A DNA stretch of 64,000 bases from contig NW_024704742.1 in the NCBI RefSeq assembly GCF_018977255.1, forward strand, positions 56,546,001 through 56,610,000. Reading direction: 5' to 3'. A model generated the notes under the pieces. That model made no database searches and was not told where the DNA came from. It saw nothing but the letters and a program-made list of their open reading frames with translations. This stretch comes from Callorhinchus milii (lineage: Eukaryota). Made by a program: the position numbers and the translations under genes. The number at the start of each line of letters is the position of its first letter. Positions within the stretch are counted from its first letter, which is position 1. Below, one piece after another: positions 13,256-24,299 of the stretch.

Positions 13256-13808
13256 TTGACCTTTATTTCAATTTCTTTGATTAACTCTTCACACAAGTTT
13301 TTTGTTATTCACAGTCCATCTTCTCATTATAGCTAGTTTATTTGCTGTTGTTTTCTTTGTGTAAGGATTTCTTTTTCTCCATATTTCAAACATTTTCTTT
13401 ATAATTTCTTCATCTGGATGTTGTATGATGGTTATTAAGTAACATTCCATTACCTCTTTGTCCTCTTCCAATGTCCATTTTTCTCTTTTATTCATTGTGA
13501 TTTCTGAAAGTTGATGCCCTCTTTGAGTGACAGGTCTATGTTGAACTTTTAGCTTGTTCTGGTTACCAGCCATCTCATCAGTAGAGGTTTCTGATTCATT
13601 TTTTCCTGGCTTTTGAGAAGGAGGAATATAATTTTTTTCTTTCTTTTTCTTTTTGGAAGACTAATAGCTTTGGTCTTCAGAGACAGCTTTTTGCTGTGTG
13701 TTGAGTTGACTGGTCAGCAAATTGGTGAGGAAAGGCTGAGAGAGGCGATTCAAATTTGGTTCAGGGTGAAATATTGCTGTTTCTATCTCTATTTTTGTTG
13801 AAGCAAGA
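13256..13808 (-). mobile_element. Probable N-terminal fragment of an R4/Dong-clade (RLE) non-LTR retrotransposon
   Basis: ORF 13573-13289 contains KREKWTLEEDKEVMECY...KKMFEIWRKRNP...TANKLA.MRR...NKKL and, after a frameshift, EELIKEIEIKVK. This resembles the Myb-like N-terminal motif of R4/Dong/Rex6 proteins. Confidence 0.6.
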
Positions 13809-13809
13809 A

Positions 13810-13921
13810 AATAATAATCCTTGCATTTGATACAGCATCTTACCATGTCTTCAAGATGTCTTAAAAGTGCTTCACAGAATATATTGTAAGGTGAATTGAC
13901 TGTATATTTTGTGGGCGAAAG
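13810..13921 (-). mobile_element. SINE 3' tail fragment
   Basis: aataataatccttgcatttgat...gactgtatattttgtgggcgaaa. Confidence 0.85.
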
Positions 13922-14056
13922 ATCTGGATAAAATGAATTTATGATTGAAGGTATGGTTCAATCCTAGAGAGTCCTGGTATTCTCTGATCTGATGATTCTG
14001 ATAATTGTAATGGCAACCCTGAGCTCATAAGTATATCTACTTCATCAAATTCTTGT

Positions 14057-14208
14057 TTTATTAACATTGATTGTGTCAAATACCTGGTTAATTTGGATTA
14101 TCATATACATTAATGAAACTTCTCCTCTTTTAAGGCCCGAACAGATTTATTCACATCCCGAATGTTCATTACATCTTTCCCCTCAAATGTGACAGTCATT
14201 CTTTTATT
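14057..14208 (-). terminator. Candidate TLR3 polyadenylation signals
   Basis: Three minus-strand AATAAA hexamers (14208-14203, 14151-14146, 14062-14057), about 0.8-0.95 kb after the stop codon; the first such signals I found downstream. Confidence 0.4.
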
Positions 14209-15012
14209 ATTACAATAATAACAATATTAATATTTTTAAGGACCTAGCAGATGAGAGCTACAAAGTTTAAAAACTAAGAAATGAACCATAGAGGAAATGA
14301 AAAGGAAAAATTAAGTGAATTATTTCAAGAAGCAACAATTTCAAGAAATGTAGGATAATGTACCTTGGTAGAGGAAACACAACATTTGTACACAACAGAG
14401 GAATTTCATTTTCAAATGGTATTAAGGAAAAGATTGATAATCTCGTTCAGAATTGTGAACTGTACCTGATCTGGCAATGTGTAAAATGCCAGGAAGCAAA
14501 GCTAAACCTGGAAGCAAAGCTAAAAATGAATCAGAAATCTCTACTGACTAAAGTATTGAAGTATTGGGGAAAATGTTATGTTTCTCTGACTTTGTGTAAA
14601 GCCTCACTTCTAAAGGCTTCATTATTCATTGGTCAAGCTAAATTTGGAGTGTGGTGTAAATGGTGGTGTAGTATACTTAACAGGGCGTTGATCTATTGGA
14701 CAATATTTGCAGGCATCATTTCGTATTTAAAACCGCAACCCATGCCAATTGGCTAACAGAGTGGACTTCTGTTATGCTGAAAATATGCTAAAAAGCCATA
14801 CATAAAGAGGCTGTATGAAGTTTAAATTAAACTATGATTGCAAAACTAAATATGGGTAACTGACTACCATTGACCTGGAGTAAAACAACTTTTCACAGTA
14901 ATAAATGTACTCTCTAGAGCTCATTCATTGATCCGTGGTTGTAAAAGTGTTGTTGCCAATGTGGGGTCCAAAGTTCCCAAAACTTAAGTTTTTCACTGAT
15001 GTACATCGAGAG

Positions 15013-15241
15013 CTACTGTACTCGGTTACTTGAGCCAATTGCAATCATAAGCTTCTGCAGGAAAGCTGCTTCTCGCTCTCTGTGAGCAGGCCAGGTCAGA
15101 ATACAATGTGACTTGAACATCCCTCTCCGGATCCGAAGCATGTGGTTCAATTTATAATCTGGGATGTCTTCCACAAATATCAAAATCATGGCATCTCGAC
15201 TTTGCTCAATAACTTGCTGCATCGCGTGATGAATCTTGAAC
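15013..15241 (-). CDS. TLR3: TLR3 last coding exon, C-terminal TIR domain; 229 nt including stop
   Basis: Acceptor ttttgtgatttcAG at 15243-15242. Phase 2 completes Arg, then FKIHHAMQQVIEQSRDAMILIFVEDIPDYKLNHMLRIRRGMFKSHCILTWP...SNRVQ*. Spliced total 441+192+1850+229 = 2712 nt, in frame. Confidence 0.97.
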
Positions 15242-15929
15242 CTGAAATCACAAAAGATATTGTATTAGCTAGAGGTAGATGTTGGTAAGCTGTCTGGGGA
15301 CATTGATGTTTCCCCACCTCAAACTCTCCAGTGGCCTGTAAATTCAGTTTGTGAAACAAATTGTTCTCACATTTTCTTCTGGCGAATTGTTGTGTTGATC
15401 AAGCTGTGAGATCTCAGCAATGAAGAACAGAACAAATTTCATTTCACACACTGCCAGATCAGGTCCAGATGAAACCCTTTCTCTACTCTGACTAAATAAT
15501 GTGCATTAGAGCAGCCCATTCTACTAATGCAACATATTACATGATTTTTATGAGATTGACAATTTAGGGCGAACTCAGGGGCAGTATTACACTTGGAACA
15601 ATCTCCAATGAAAACAACAACAACAAAATTACAAAACTGAAGTGAAACTGCTACCAGATTGTTTTACAAAGCATCTTTATAACAAGCAGAGTGAGAACAA
15701 TGTCATCCCATCAGTCTGCCTCAATTCAGGCTCTCAAGGTGAAAGGACAATGCTTTAACCCATTATAAAACACAAATTTACATTTATGTAACGCCTTTCA
15801 TGTCAGGAGTACATACCAAAGAGCTTAAAATTATACCCTCAAAAATAGTATTGATCAAATGGGTAAAAAATGCCACACATGAATAGAATTTTCACTGGTG
15901 ATATTATTGTATAGTTGAAATCCTTCACC

Positions 15930-16138
15930 AACAATGTTGCCTGAAAGGGTGGTCGAGGCCGATTCGATAACTACTTTTAAAAACGCGGTGGACGAGTATT
16001 TGAAGAGGACGGGTTTGCAGGGTTATGGGGAAAAGGCTGGGGAGTGGGATTGACATTAATTGCTCTATTTAAAGAGCTGGCAAAAAGTCGATGGGCCAAA
16101 TGGCCTCTTTTTGTGCTGTACGATTCTATGATTCTATG
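15930..16138 (+). mobile_element. CR1 LINE 3' end in TLR3 last intron
   Basis: gggtggtcgaggcc...gatgggccaaatggcctc, ending in the octamer repeat (GATTCTAT)2 typical of CR1 termini. Confidence 0.8.
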
Positions 16139-17449
16139 TCTCATTTGGTGTTTGACTGTTGGAGAAACCCCCTCATCAGAATTTTGTCAAAATGGTTGGA
16201 TCTTAAATTGCTTGCTGTGGCCATAAAACCTAACACTCGGTGTGGATTCTGACATTTCAATGCAGGTTTGGGTAATAATAGCATAACTCAACTTTCAATA
16301 GTCAGGCTAAGGATTCTATTGTCCTGCCAGTTAGGCATATGGATGGAACTGAAGGGATGATGGTGGCGGTCACAGCTCTCATTGCCTCTTAGATTATAGC
16401 CAAAAGGGTGAAGCCCAAGGCATAAGTGGACTATGTCCCTTTGGCTATACTCCCCCAGCATTTGTCTCTCTAGGTCAGGCAAATTTATTTTCTTACAGTT
16501 TCAAAAGTTCTTTTGAAATTGAGCTCAACACAAGCTTGATCCTCTGCGGCTCATTTGATTCCTGAAGCTATCTCCTCAGTGAGCGTGACTTGGACTTCAT
16601 TTGTTGCCTTGAAACCTGATTTTATGCTGAACGTATCCTTGAGGTAACAAAATGACATCTCATGTTTGAAATGAACCCATGGCCTGAATATCCCTCTGCA
16701 GTGCCATCCAGTGGTAACAAATGCCACAATCCCTCAAAGCGTTCATAAAATCACAAGCTTGGTTTGGTTGAAAAAGGCCCTTCAACCCATTTTATCTCAT
16801 CCCTCCAGAATGCCCATCATCCCAACTTGTCATCACAGCATCATTTTTAAAAAAAAAACGATTCCAGAGTCCTAGCCTTAATCGCCCTTCCTAGTAATCC
16901 ATTCCAGAGATTAATTAGCTTCTGAGTAAAGAAAATCTTTTTGGTTTATGTTAGAAATCACCTGTGTCCTCTTGTTCTACTGTTTTGGGTGCATTTAAAA
17001 ATATTGTTTTGACTCCAACTCTTTCCCTCCCTCCCTCCCAACTTCCAAAGCCTACTTTAAGACCTACCCTCTTTGCACTTTTGGTCACCCCCACACCCCA
17101 ACCCCCCCGCCACAGTTTGGATGCTAATGAGCTATGCAAAGAACTTTCAGAAGGCCTCTCAATGTGAAAGGCATCATATAATTGTAAATTGTATGAATAG
17201 AAGCTACAGCTCATAACTGCAAATTCTGTTCCTTTGAAATCACAGTTTTATTCGGGGGATTGTTGGCCAGGACTCTGGGAGAAACTCCCTTCTATATGGG
17301 TTCCAGTTGTGAGGTTTGAACCAGCAACCTTTGAATCAGAGGCATGAGTGCTACCAATGGACACACAATAAGTGGTTCTATTAGCCCCAAAACAGAAAAT
17401 GAGCCACAGCATTGTTTACCTCTTCTTAAGTCACTTTAATTGAACATAC

Positions 17450-19299
17450 CTTCTGCACCAGGGATCCTTTAAAAGCTCTTGAGTCACGACAAAGATGATT
17501 TTTCTGCTTTGGGTTATGTTGCTCACAATGGATTCCAACTCTGAAATGCCACCTTCAGAGTCACGTTCCTCCAAACAAAACTGAAACCCAGATTGATCGC
17601 TTTCCTCTAAAGGTATTAAGTTCTTCTCTACCCAGTCACTGTCATGTTTTGCATGAATGATATAAGCGTCATAATCAAACTTAATTTCTGTCCGATCTGT
17701 TTCCCTAAATCCAAACATTCGATTGACAGAAATGTTCCAGTAGAATTCTAGCCTCCATCCTTGAAACTGAACTACAAGTACGGTAAACATGAAGATAAGC
17801 ACAATACTGCTACTAATTATGCTTAGAGTTTCAAAAGGAGCACGATCTTTACAGGGAGATATGTCAAAAGTTACAACTGAATTATTGTGGTACTTTGGAG
17901 GGGTATTACAAATATATTGATTGTTCAAACCTGGAATACTGCTATTTGTCTTATTAAGCCAACTAACAAACCAAGCAATACTTTCACAAGTACAGTCAAA
18001 TGGATTGAATGCCATGTAGAGAGTTGTTAAATTATCAAATACTGATTCAAAGATTTCTCTATCAACAGACGTAACAAGATTTTTCGGTATCCTCAGTATA
18101 CTGAGAGATCGCAAATCATTAAATATATTTTGTGGAAGAATGTTCAGGTTGTTTGAACTTAAGTCTAATTCAACTAATTTAGCCAAGCCTTGGAAAGCTT
18201 TGCCTGGGATCTCATCTAATCCACACGATTGTAAATTAAGCTTCCAAAGCTCCTTTAAGGGATTGAGATAAAGAACTGGGCCGCCAGGATAGACTTTTTT
18301 CCATAGTCGAGCCAGGTTATTGTGTTGCAGTTTCAACACTTGAAGATTCTGAAGTCCACTGAACACATCTCGGCCCAAATTAGCCAGATTGTTGTTGGCA
18401 AGGTCAAGCACTGTGAGGTTTCGAAGGCCATGAAATGGCGATGGCTCCTGGTTCAAATTGACGATCTTTGTTCTACTCAGCATTAAGACTTTCATAGTAG
18501 GAACGTGATCAAATGAAGATGACTTCAAAGTCAATTCAGTGTTATATGAAAGATAGATCTCTTCTATTTTGTCGAGGCCTTGGAATTCTTCTCCGGTTAA
18601 GGGCTGATAAATTGAATTAATTCCTAGATCTAGTTTCTTAAGATTCCTGAAACTGGAAAACGCTCCACTCTCCAGTTTGGAAATTCGTGTTCTTGTCAGA
18701 TTTAAGACAACAAGAGGAGAGTCAGCGAGAGACATGAATGTTAAATTACTGATTATTTTTAAATTTGCTGAAGAGTTATACAAACTTAGATATTTCAGAC
18801 TTGTCAAGCCAGTGAAAGTTTGCGGAGCTATATTAACAATAGTATTGTCTTCCAGATTGAGGTACTCTAAGCTCTTTAGCCACTGAAACGAGTAAGCTTC
18901 AATGGTGGAACCTCCAGTAGTAGGGGAGTTTTGCTCTGTAAGGCATTTCTTCAGGTTCAAAGACTTCAAATACATCAACCCAGCAAACATGTGTGCAGTA
19001 ACACGTTTTACCTTGTTGTTCTCCATGTTGAGATATTCTAAGTATTGTAACCATTTAAATGAATTATCCTCTAATCTATTTATTCCATTGTTGGAAAGAT
19101 CAAGGGATGTCAAGTTTGTTCCCTGTAATCCAGCAAAAGTAGTCTGGCTAATCTTAAGGTGGGTGTTCCTCAGGGAGAGCTCAGTAATATCTGTTCCAGA
19201 TAATTGTCCAACAAGCTCCTCAGTAAGATTAGTAAGGACAGTGTTTTCCAACCACAGGCCACGCAAGCTTCCAATAATGCGAAAACAGTCTTTTTCAAA
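17450..19299 (-). CDS. TLR3: TLR3 coding exon 3 (gene exon 4): LRRs, LRR-CT, transmembrane helix, N-terminal part of TIR; 1850 nt
   Basis: Acceptor tttctttttcAG at 19301-19300. TLR3-diagnostic motifs LQHNNLARLWK..PGGP, FNPFDCTCESIAWFV, CNTPPKYH, FQGWRLEFYWN, YDAYIIHA, SRKIIFVVT. Donor AG|GTATGT at 17449-17448, phase 2. Confidence 0.98.
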
Positions 19300-20339
19300 C
19301 TGAAAAAGAAATAAGAAATTTTTTGTTTGTTTTGCAGGTATTTTAAACAAAAATATTTTACAAGCATACTGTTAACACTGCTGTCAGTAGAACTGTTATT
19401 TGAAATGATACAATCTTTCACCCTTGATGGGTTGTATTTACTGTCTAACTTCCGGCTTTTTTTATTGTTACAGGTACAGGGAATTATGAAACTGTCACCT
19501 GAAGCTACGTGCCTGGAGATCACACCATATCCTATTTCAGGTTGAATTCTATACTATAGATTGGGTGGTGACAACTTTAGTTAATTAATGGGGTCTTGCA
19601 TTCAGTGAGTGCAGTGGGAAATATTTTGTTATGCAGGACGTGTTTGGAATGGGGTAATTTATGACCACATAAAATCCTCGTTGAAGCACAGCCCACACAT
19701 TCGTTTGAATTAGATCCCTGTCAAAGCACTCCAGGATGCTACCCCGCATGAAGGATGGTATATAAATGCAAGTTGTTGTTGTTTGCATAGGAGTACTATT
19801 TCAAGGATACAGACAAAAAGCAAGAGAGTGCAATTAGATTAGGTGTTCTTTGTGGAGCAAAACACCACTACAGACATCGTGACTGTTTGTGTGCTGTATT
19901 ATTTTGTGAGTCTATGGCAGTGAGTATGCTCTGCATAGCCAGTATGAAATAACACTCTGATGGAAGGGAGAGCTCTTTGTGGAAAAAACAGCTTTCAAAT
20001 GATGACAAATTAAGAATTTTCCGCAATTCTGTATAATCTTAAACTTGAAGACATAATAGTCTGAAGGACTAAAGCTAGGTAAAATATGAGCATGGAAAAG
20101 TTGCTACAATTGATTAAGAAACGTTACTGAGAGGATCTGTTATTATGTGACCCAACAAAAACACTCTGAGCAATTATGGGTTATAAAAAGAAATAACTTG
20201 CGACCTTATAGTGCTGCGTTATGTCAAAATAATGGTGACTGGCATGTGTTCTCGCTTCAGTAATTATTTGCATGTTAGCACTTTGTGTGCAAACTGCCTT
20301 GTGTGCAAACAATCCACTTAAATGGTATACAAAATAATA

Positions 20340-21034
20340 GCTCCCATCCACTCCTTCACCCGCCCCCTTCACTCACCCAGCTCCGACCTCCTGCACATCC
20401 CTCATACCTTCTGCTCCTCCGTCATCAGCCATGTTTTCAGGCACTATGCCCCAAAACTATGGAACTCCGGCTCAACAACAACTTGCACCGCTCACGCAGG
20501 CTAGCATCCCAGAGCACTTGACAACAACAAAATTACATGTGCCTTTCACGTCAGGAGGGCGTCCCAAGGCACTGGACAATCAGTGTTTTGGACCCAAGCT
20601 GAGAGTCAGGATCGGGGAGGGTGGAGGGTATGGGGGGAATGAGGATAATCGAAGGCACGGTCGAATAGAAGGGTCTTGAGACAGGTCTTGAAGGAGTCAG
20701 GGGAGGGGGTGAGGAAGAGGGACTCCGGGATGGAGTTCCAGAGGGTGGGAGCAGATTGGCTGAAGCCTCGCCCATCAATGGTGGGGTAGGCGAGGTGAAG
20801 CAGGCCGGAGCCCGCTGAGCGGAGCGAGCAGGCAGGTTGGTAGGGGATGGCTCAATCCCTCCGCCTTGCCAATTCCTTACCCATCTTCAGATCTCACCTA
20901 AGGACCTTCCTCTTCGACTGTGCCTATGGTCACCGCCCCTTTCTCCTGGCTCAGTGTCAAGCTTCACCACGGTTTTGCGCTCCAAGACACTAGCCCACAT
21001 AAAGGGCGCTATATTAATGCAAGTTGTTGTTATT
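20340..21034. mobile_element. Cluster of L2 3' fragments in mixed orientation (20340-20470 +, 20521-20836 -, 20849-21034 +)
   Basis: L2 3'UTR/tail sequences with (CAA)/(TTG) microsatellite ends. Confidence 0.8.
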
Positions 21035-21072
21035 GATGTAACAATATTTAATAGTATGCAAAATGTGCTTAC

Positions 21073-21264
21073 CTTCATTAGTCTATTAGAGGATAGATCC
21101 AGGTGATGCAAGGTGCTGTTTTTTAGGATTGCAAAATCATTTGCCTTCAACAAAGGCAGTTTGTTTCCTGATAATACCAGTTCCTGTAGATTCTGCAACT
21201 GCTGCTCAGAACCCAGTTTGGCAGAAACCAGTATATTGCGAGACATGTCTAGAATCTCCAATTT
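21073..21264 (-). CDS. TLR3: TLR3 coding exon 2 (gene exon 3), LRRs; 192 nt, phase 0/0
   Basis: Acceptor ttttgtttAG at 21266-21265. Translation KLEILDMSRNILVSAKLGSEQQLQNLQELVLSGNKL...LDLSSNRLMK. Donor AAG|GTAAGC at 21072-21071. Confidence 0.96.
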
Positions 21265-21842
21265 CTAAACAAAACAGAATTTGGTTAGACTAACAATTCA
21301 CAGTAATACTGTTTTGCTGATCGGTAAGTTAACAAGTAAATCCATCGATGCACGTTGTTTGTCTACAAAATAGTCACTGTATTTTACAAGATATTCTGTG
21401 AAGCACTAGGTCCTCCAGACATGAAAGGCATTATAGCAAATGAAATAATTCTTATCATCTTATCATACTTTGAAACTATTTGTACAGATACTGTGCAAAG
21501 CTGTCCTCCCCATGCAAAATTTCTGCATAGCATAAATTCACTGTTGAATGCCACGGTTGTTTTGCTTTGAGATATTCTTTTCAGAAAGATGGCTTAAAGA
21601 TGAGATGGGTCAAAAGGGTTTCAGTTTCAACAGGTGTCAAGAACCAAATAATTTCTTAATCAGACAAATCTAGAAGACCAAACGATAATAGGTCCCGATT
21701 TCACATCAGTATTTTGTTTCTAAAAATTCTAACTGAATCATTTTGCTACATATTACATACTAACACAACATTCACAGGATTGCAGTTTCCATGATTGCCA
21801 CTGAATGGAGCTATTACATTATATAGTATCCTGTAGTCACGT

Positions 21843-22070
21843 CTCTGAGTCAGATTCCGTGTGCGGAAGCCTCACTTTGCGGCTTTAAACTTACAGTCTA
21901 GGCTGACACACAAGTGCTGAGAGTGTGCTTCATTGTTGGAGGTACATCCTTCAAATGAGAATTTAAACCAAAGTCACATCTGGCTGATCAGGTGGGCTTT
22001 AAAGATCCCAAGAGAAGGGAATGTCTTCCGATGTCCTGGCCAACAATCCCCAGATGAAAATGGTCATTCA
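21843..22070 (+). mobile_element. Deu-domain SINE, degenerate
   Basis: ctctgagtcaga...aaatgagaatttaaacc...aggtgggctttaaagatccc...tgtcctggccaac. Confidence 0.65.
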
Positions 22071-22214
22071 CTTTATTAAATACCAGGATTGTTACTATTA
22101 TAAGTGACGTTTTTTGGAATATGGGGCGATGCCACAGAAGTGGTTGAGGGGTAGGAAACACTTCCAAGCATTATGGTCTGCCAGACAAGTTAGGAGTTTC
22201 AGAATTAGCAAATG

Positions 22215-22422
22215 TGAATAGTGGGAATGTGGAACATGCTACCACAAGGAATTGTTGATGCAAATAACGTAGATGTATTTGAGGGAGAAAGAAATAGAAG
22301 GTTAGGCTTGAAGGCTTAGTTGAGGAAGGGCAGGAGGCTCATGTGGAGCATAAACACCAGCATAGACCAGTTAGGCCAAATGGCCTGTTTCTGTGCTGTA
22401 TATTCTAATGTATTCTAATGTA
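22215..22422 (+). mobile_element. CR1 LINE 3' end
   Basis: gctcatgtggagcataaacaccagcatagaccagttaggccaaatggcctgtttctgtgctgta followed by (TATTCTAATG)2. Confidence 0.75.
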
Positions 22423-22424
22423 TA

Positions 22425-23610
22425 CCCCACATCCGTGCCCGCTCTGCCCTTCCTCACCTCTACAACATCACCCGGCTCCACCACTGTCTCACACTGCAGG
22501 CCGCCGAGACCCTCATGCATGCATTCATAATATCCAGGATCGACTATGCAAACTCCCTGCTTGTCGGCATCCCCAACTCCTCCCTTCATAGGCTGAAGAT
22601 CATCCAGAACTTTGCAGCCCATGTCCTCTCCCACACCAGGCTCTGCAACCCTACCAACCCCATCCTTGCCCGACTTCACCCGCTTCCCATCACACAGAGA
22701 ATACAGTTCAAGATCCTGGTCCTCACTTTCAAAGCCCTCCTTGTTCTCCCCTACCTCAGTGACCTGCTAACCCCTTATCAACCTGCCCACTCCCTCCGTC
22801 CAGTGGACTCTGGCCCATTTCACAACCCCCACCTTGCCTGCCCCACCATTGGCGGGTGGGCCTTCAGCCATTCTGCTCCCACCCTCTGGACCTCCTTCCC
22901 GCAGTCCCTCCACCTCACTCCCTCCCTTGCCTCCTTCAAGAGCCATCTAAAGACCTTCCTCTTCAACTGTTCAACTGATTTACTGCTTTACAGTAAATCC
23001 TGTGAAGTGCTTTGAGACATCCTCCTGACACAAAAGGCACTGTATCAAATGTGAGGCTTACGTTTTTATTAGTCTAATTCCACGCTCTTCCATGTTCCCC
23101 CATAGCCTTCCATTTCAAGAATCTATGCAACTCCCTCTAGTAATTTGCCTCAACAATGGGTTAAGCAGAGAACTCCATGCACTCACTGCCCGCTGTGAGA
23201 ATATTTTCTAATCTCCCACCTTTTTAATACTTTCTATGGTTATCTTAAATGTGTTTAATTTCATTATTTGCATCCTTCAAGGCCAGTCTCAAGACCCTTC
23301 TCTTCGACCGTGCCTTTGGTCTCCATCGCACCTTTCTGCCTTCCCTCACCCCTACACCACCCCTCCCCCATTCTTGGGCCCCAACATCTGACTGTTCAGC
23401 GCTTTGGGACGTCCTCCCGACCTGAAAGGCGCTCTATAAATGTAATTTTGTTGTTGTTGTTCCTTCAGTTACCCTCCTTCCTCCACCCTCCCCGATCTCG
23501 ACCCTCAGCTTGGGTCCAAAACACTGATTGTGCAGCGCCTTGGGACATCCTCCCAATGGGAAAGGCGCTGTACAAATGTAATTTTGTATTTTATTGTATT
23601 ATTATTATTA
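22425..23610 (+). mobile_element. L2 3' fragments (22425-23050, 23272-23460, 23470-23610)
   Basis: ORF 22515-23015 HAFIISRIDYANSLLVGIP...FKSHLKTFLF; two further stacked 3' tails. Confidence 0.88.
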
Positions 23611-23834
23611 TGTTGATGATCCCATAACACTATTCGTAAAGAGAAGCGGGGGGCCCGGGGGAGTTAAAGTTACTTTTGTTAAGAAATGGATGTTAAACAA
23701 GTTCTTTTTCTGTTTCCAAACCGAAAACAAATGTTCCCCAATATTTATAGTCTAGCATTCAATTAACAGATTGCATTTAATTTTTCTAAAATCAAACTGT
23801 ATTTTCTAAAGAAAACGTGAATGGTAACACTTAC

Positions 23835-24275
23835 CTGAAGGCTTTTAAAGGGTTCAGCTGTAATCTCTTTGACCCTGTTAAACTGTAAATACAGTTCAGT
23901 CAGGTTGGCACAATAAAGGAAATAGGGTAGAATCAGATGGCTTAACTGGTTGTGTTCCAGATTTAACACTTGCAGGAAGGGCAGACTCTTGCACAGACCC
24001 TCTTCCAGTTTAGGAATGACATTGTATCCAGCCCTCAGATTCTGGAGTTGTCTGTACTTGGATAGTATAGAAGAAGGTAAGCGCCTCAGCTGGTTGTGAG
24101 AGAGATTCAGGATGGTGATGTTGTCTGGTAGATCTGAAGGGACCTCCAAAAGCCTCAAGTGACTGCAGTCAGCAAACTGACCCTCTATTTTACAATGGTG
24201 GCTAGAGGCAAAGGCACTAAGATACAGTACCACAAATCCAAGGCATAAAGTGAAGATTTGGAAATGCATTTTCAT
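23835..24275 (-). CDS. TLR3: Toll-like receptor 3, coding exon 1 (gene exon 2): signal peptide, LRR-NT and first LRRs; 441 nt
   Basis: Translation MKMHFQIFTLCLGFVVLYLSAFA...ADCSHLRL...LNLSHNQLRRL...LNLEHNQL has His at 39, 60 and 108, as in mammalian TLR3. Ends CAG|GTAAGT (donor 23834-23833), phase 0. Likely acceptor ttttctttttttacAG puts the exon start at 24363. Confidence 0.97.
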
Positions 24276-24299
24276 CTAGTGGGGATGTCCTCCCGACAT
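24276..24299 (-). other. 7-codon uORF (MSGGHPH*) directly abutting the TLR3 ATG
   Basis: ATG TCG GGA GGA CAT CCC CAC TAG|ATG AAA ATG. Lies within an antisense L2/SINE 3'-tail fragment (24281-24340). Depends on use of the 24363 acceptor. Confidence 0.6.

Noticed and set aside
14358..14756. 132-aa ORF antisense to the TLR3 3'UTR, with an 18-bp tandem duplication near 14491-14525
   Set aside because: No homology evident; the duplication is ordinary slippage.
17431..19350. 639-aa single-exon gene as listed in the ORF track
   Set aside because: The first 17 and last few codons are intronic; canonical splice sites define the exon as 19299-17450.
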